Assembly: GCA_010093745.1 (NCBI GenBank)
Contig: MU006007.1
Location: forward strand, 62,001 to 107,476
Source: Piedraia hortae CBS 480.64
Lineage: Eukaryota
Reading direction: 5' to 3'
DNA: 45,476 nucleotides
Shown here: one piece after another, positions 45,137 through 45,476 of the stretch
Layout of the letters: every line of letters begins with the position of its first letter
Position numbering within the stretch: the first letter of the stretch is position 1
Notes under the pieces: model-generated
The model's database searches: none
What the model saw: only the letters and a program-made list of their open reading frames with translations
What the model was told of the DNA's origin: nothing
Made by a program: the position numbers and the translations under genes

Positions 45137-45280
45137 TGTTGTGCAGGTCTCCACGGAGCGATCCGCAGGTGATGACCCACATCCCTGACCAGGGTTCGAG
45201 TACCCAGAACTTTTCTTGTGTAGCTCTAGATACGCGTATGTATTGACACACTTGTGAGGTGCCGCTGCTTTTTAGAACAG
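45137..45280. repeat. Dispersed repeat, copy 2 (paired with 29655-29798)
   Basis: Same alignment as copy 1; lies inside the minus-strand ORF 45111-45431. Confidence 0.85.
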
Positions 45281-45476
45281 TAACGTTATTTTTCACATCA
45301 GTTTGGTAGACTCTTTCTTCAGACAAGTAAACGTGAACAACGAAACACTCACAAACGGGCGTAACCACTGTTGTGAATATGCGGTATATTACGCGCATTA
45401 TTAGTAACCGTCGCTCGGCTCTCGACTTCACGCGTCAACTAGTTTTCCGTAGAGATTTGTATGCAGGTACACATCT

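Noticed and set aside
45180..45245. tRNA/SINE (GGGTTCGAGTACCC), or resolvase/Pif1 motif (YIRVSRAT) in the dispersed repeat
   Set aside because: No cloverleaf or A-box; the peptide resemblance is only a few residues without flanking family motifs.

Overview
Eukaryotic DNA from a filamentous ascomycete (Pezizomycotina; Dothideomycete-like is my impression only). Introns are short GT-AG, mostly 45-75 nt, with CTRAC/CTAAT-type branch points. Two very compact housekeeping blocks are present. The first (1-26.9 kb) holds a GID7-like WD40 gene, ERG7, NRP1, PRE6, a 78-aa micro-protein, CDC8, a QTRT2-like gene, an AIM6-like gene, CFD1, STE23/IDE, TAF11, an SRPBCC protein, RPL4, a secreted aldose 1-epimerase, an AA11 LPMO and an uncharacterised gene. 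The second (33.9-39.5 kb) holds FAL1, PRP9, GUS1 and COG2. Two gene-poor blocks (27-33.9 kb, 39.5-45.5 kb) contain decayed coding fragments, a shared 144-bp repeat, a (TATG)n microsatellite with an assembly gap, and a 41-bp minisatellite. Best lead: the hypothetical gene at 25821-26892 has an ABBA-KEN-D-box array, many CDK sites and an MCB-rich promoter, suggesting an Acm1-like APC/C inhibitor. Other leads: a recurring orientation-independent C-rich to G-rich skew switch, TGACGT motifs in most divergent promoters, and extreme gene packing. No rRNA, tRNA, CRISPR array or intact transposon could be supported. All gene models were spliced by hand and no database searches were run.
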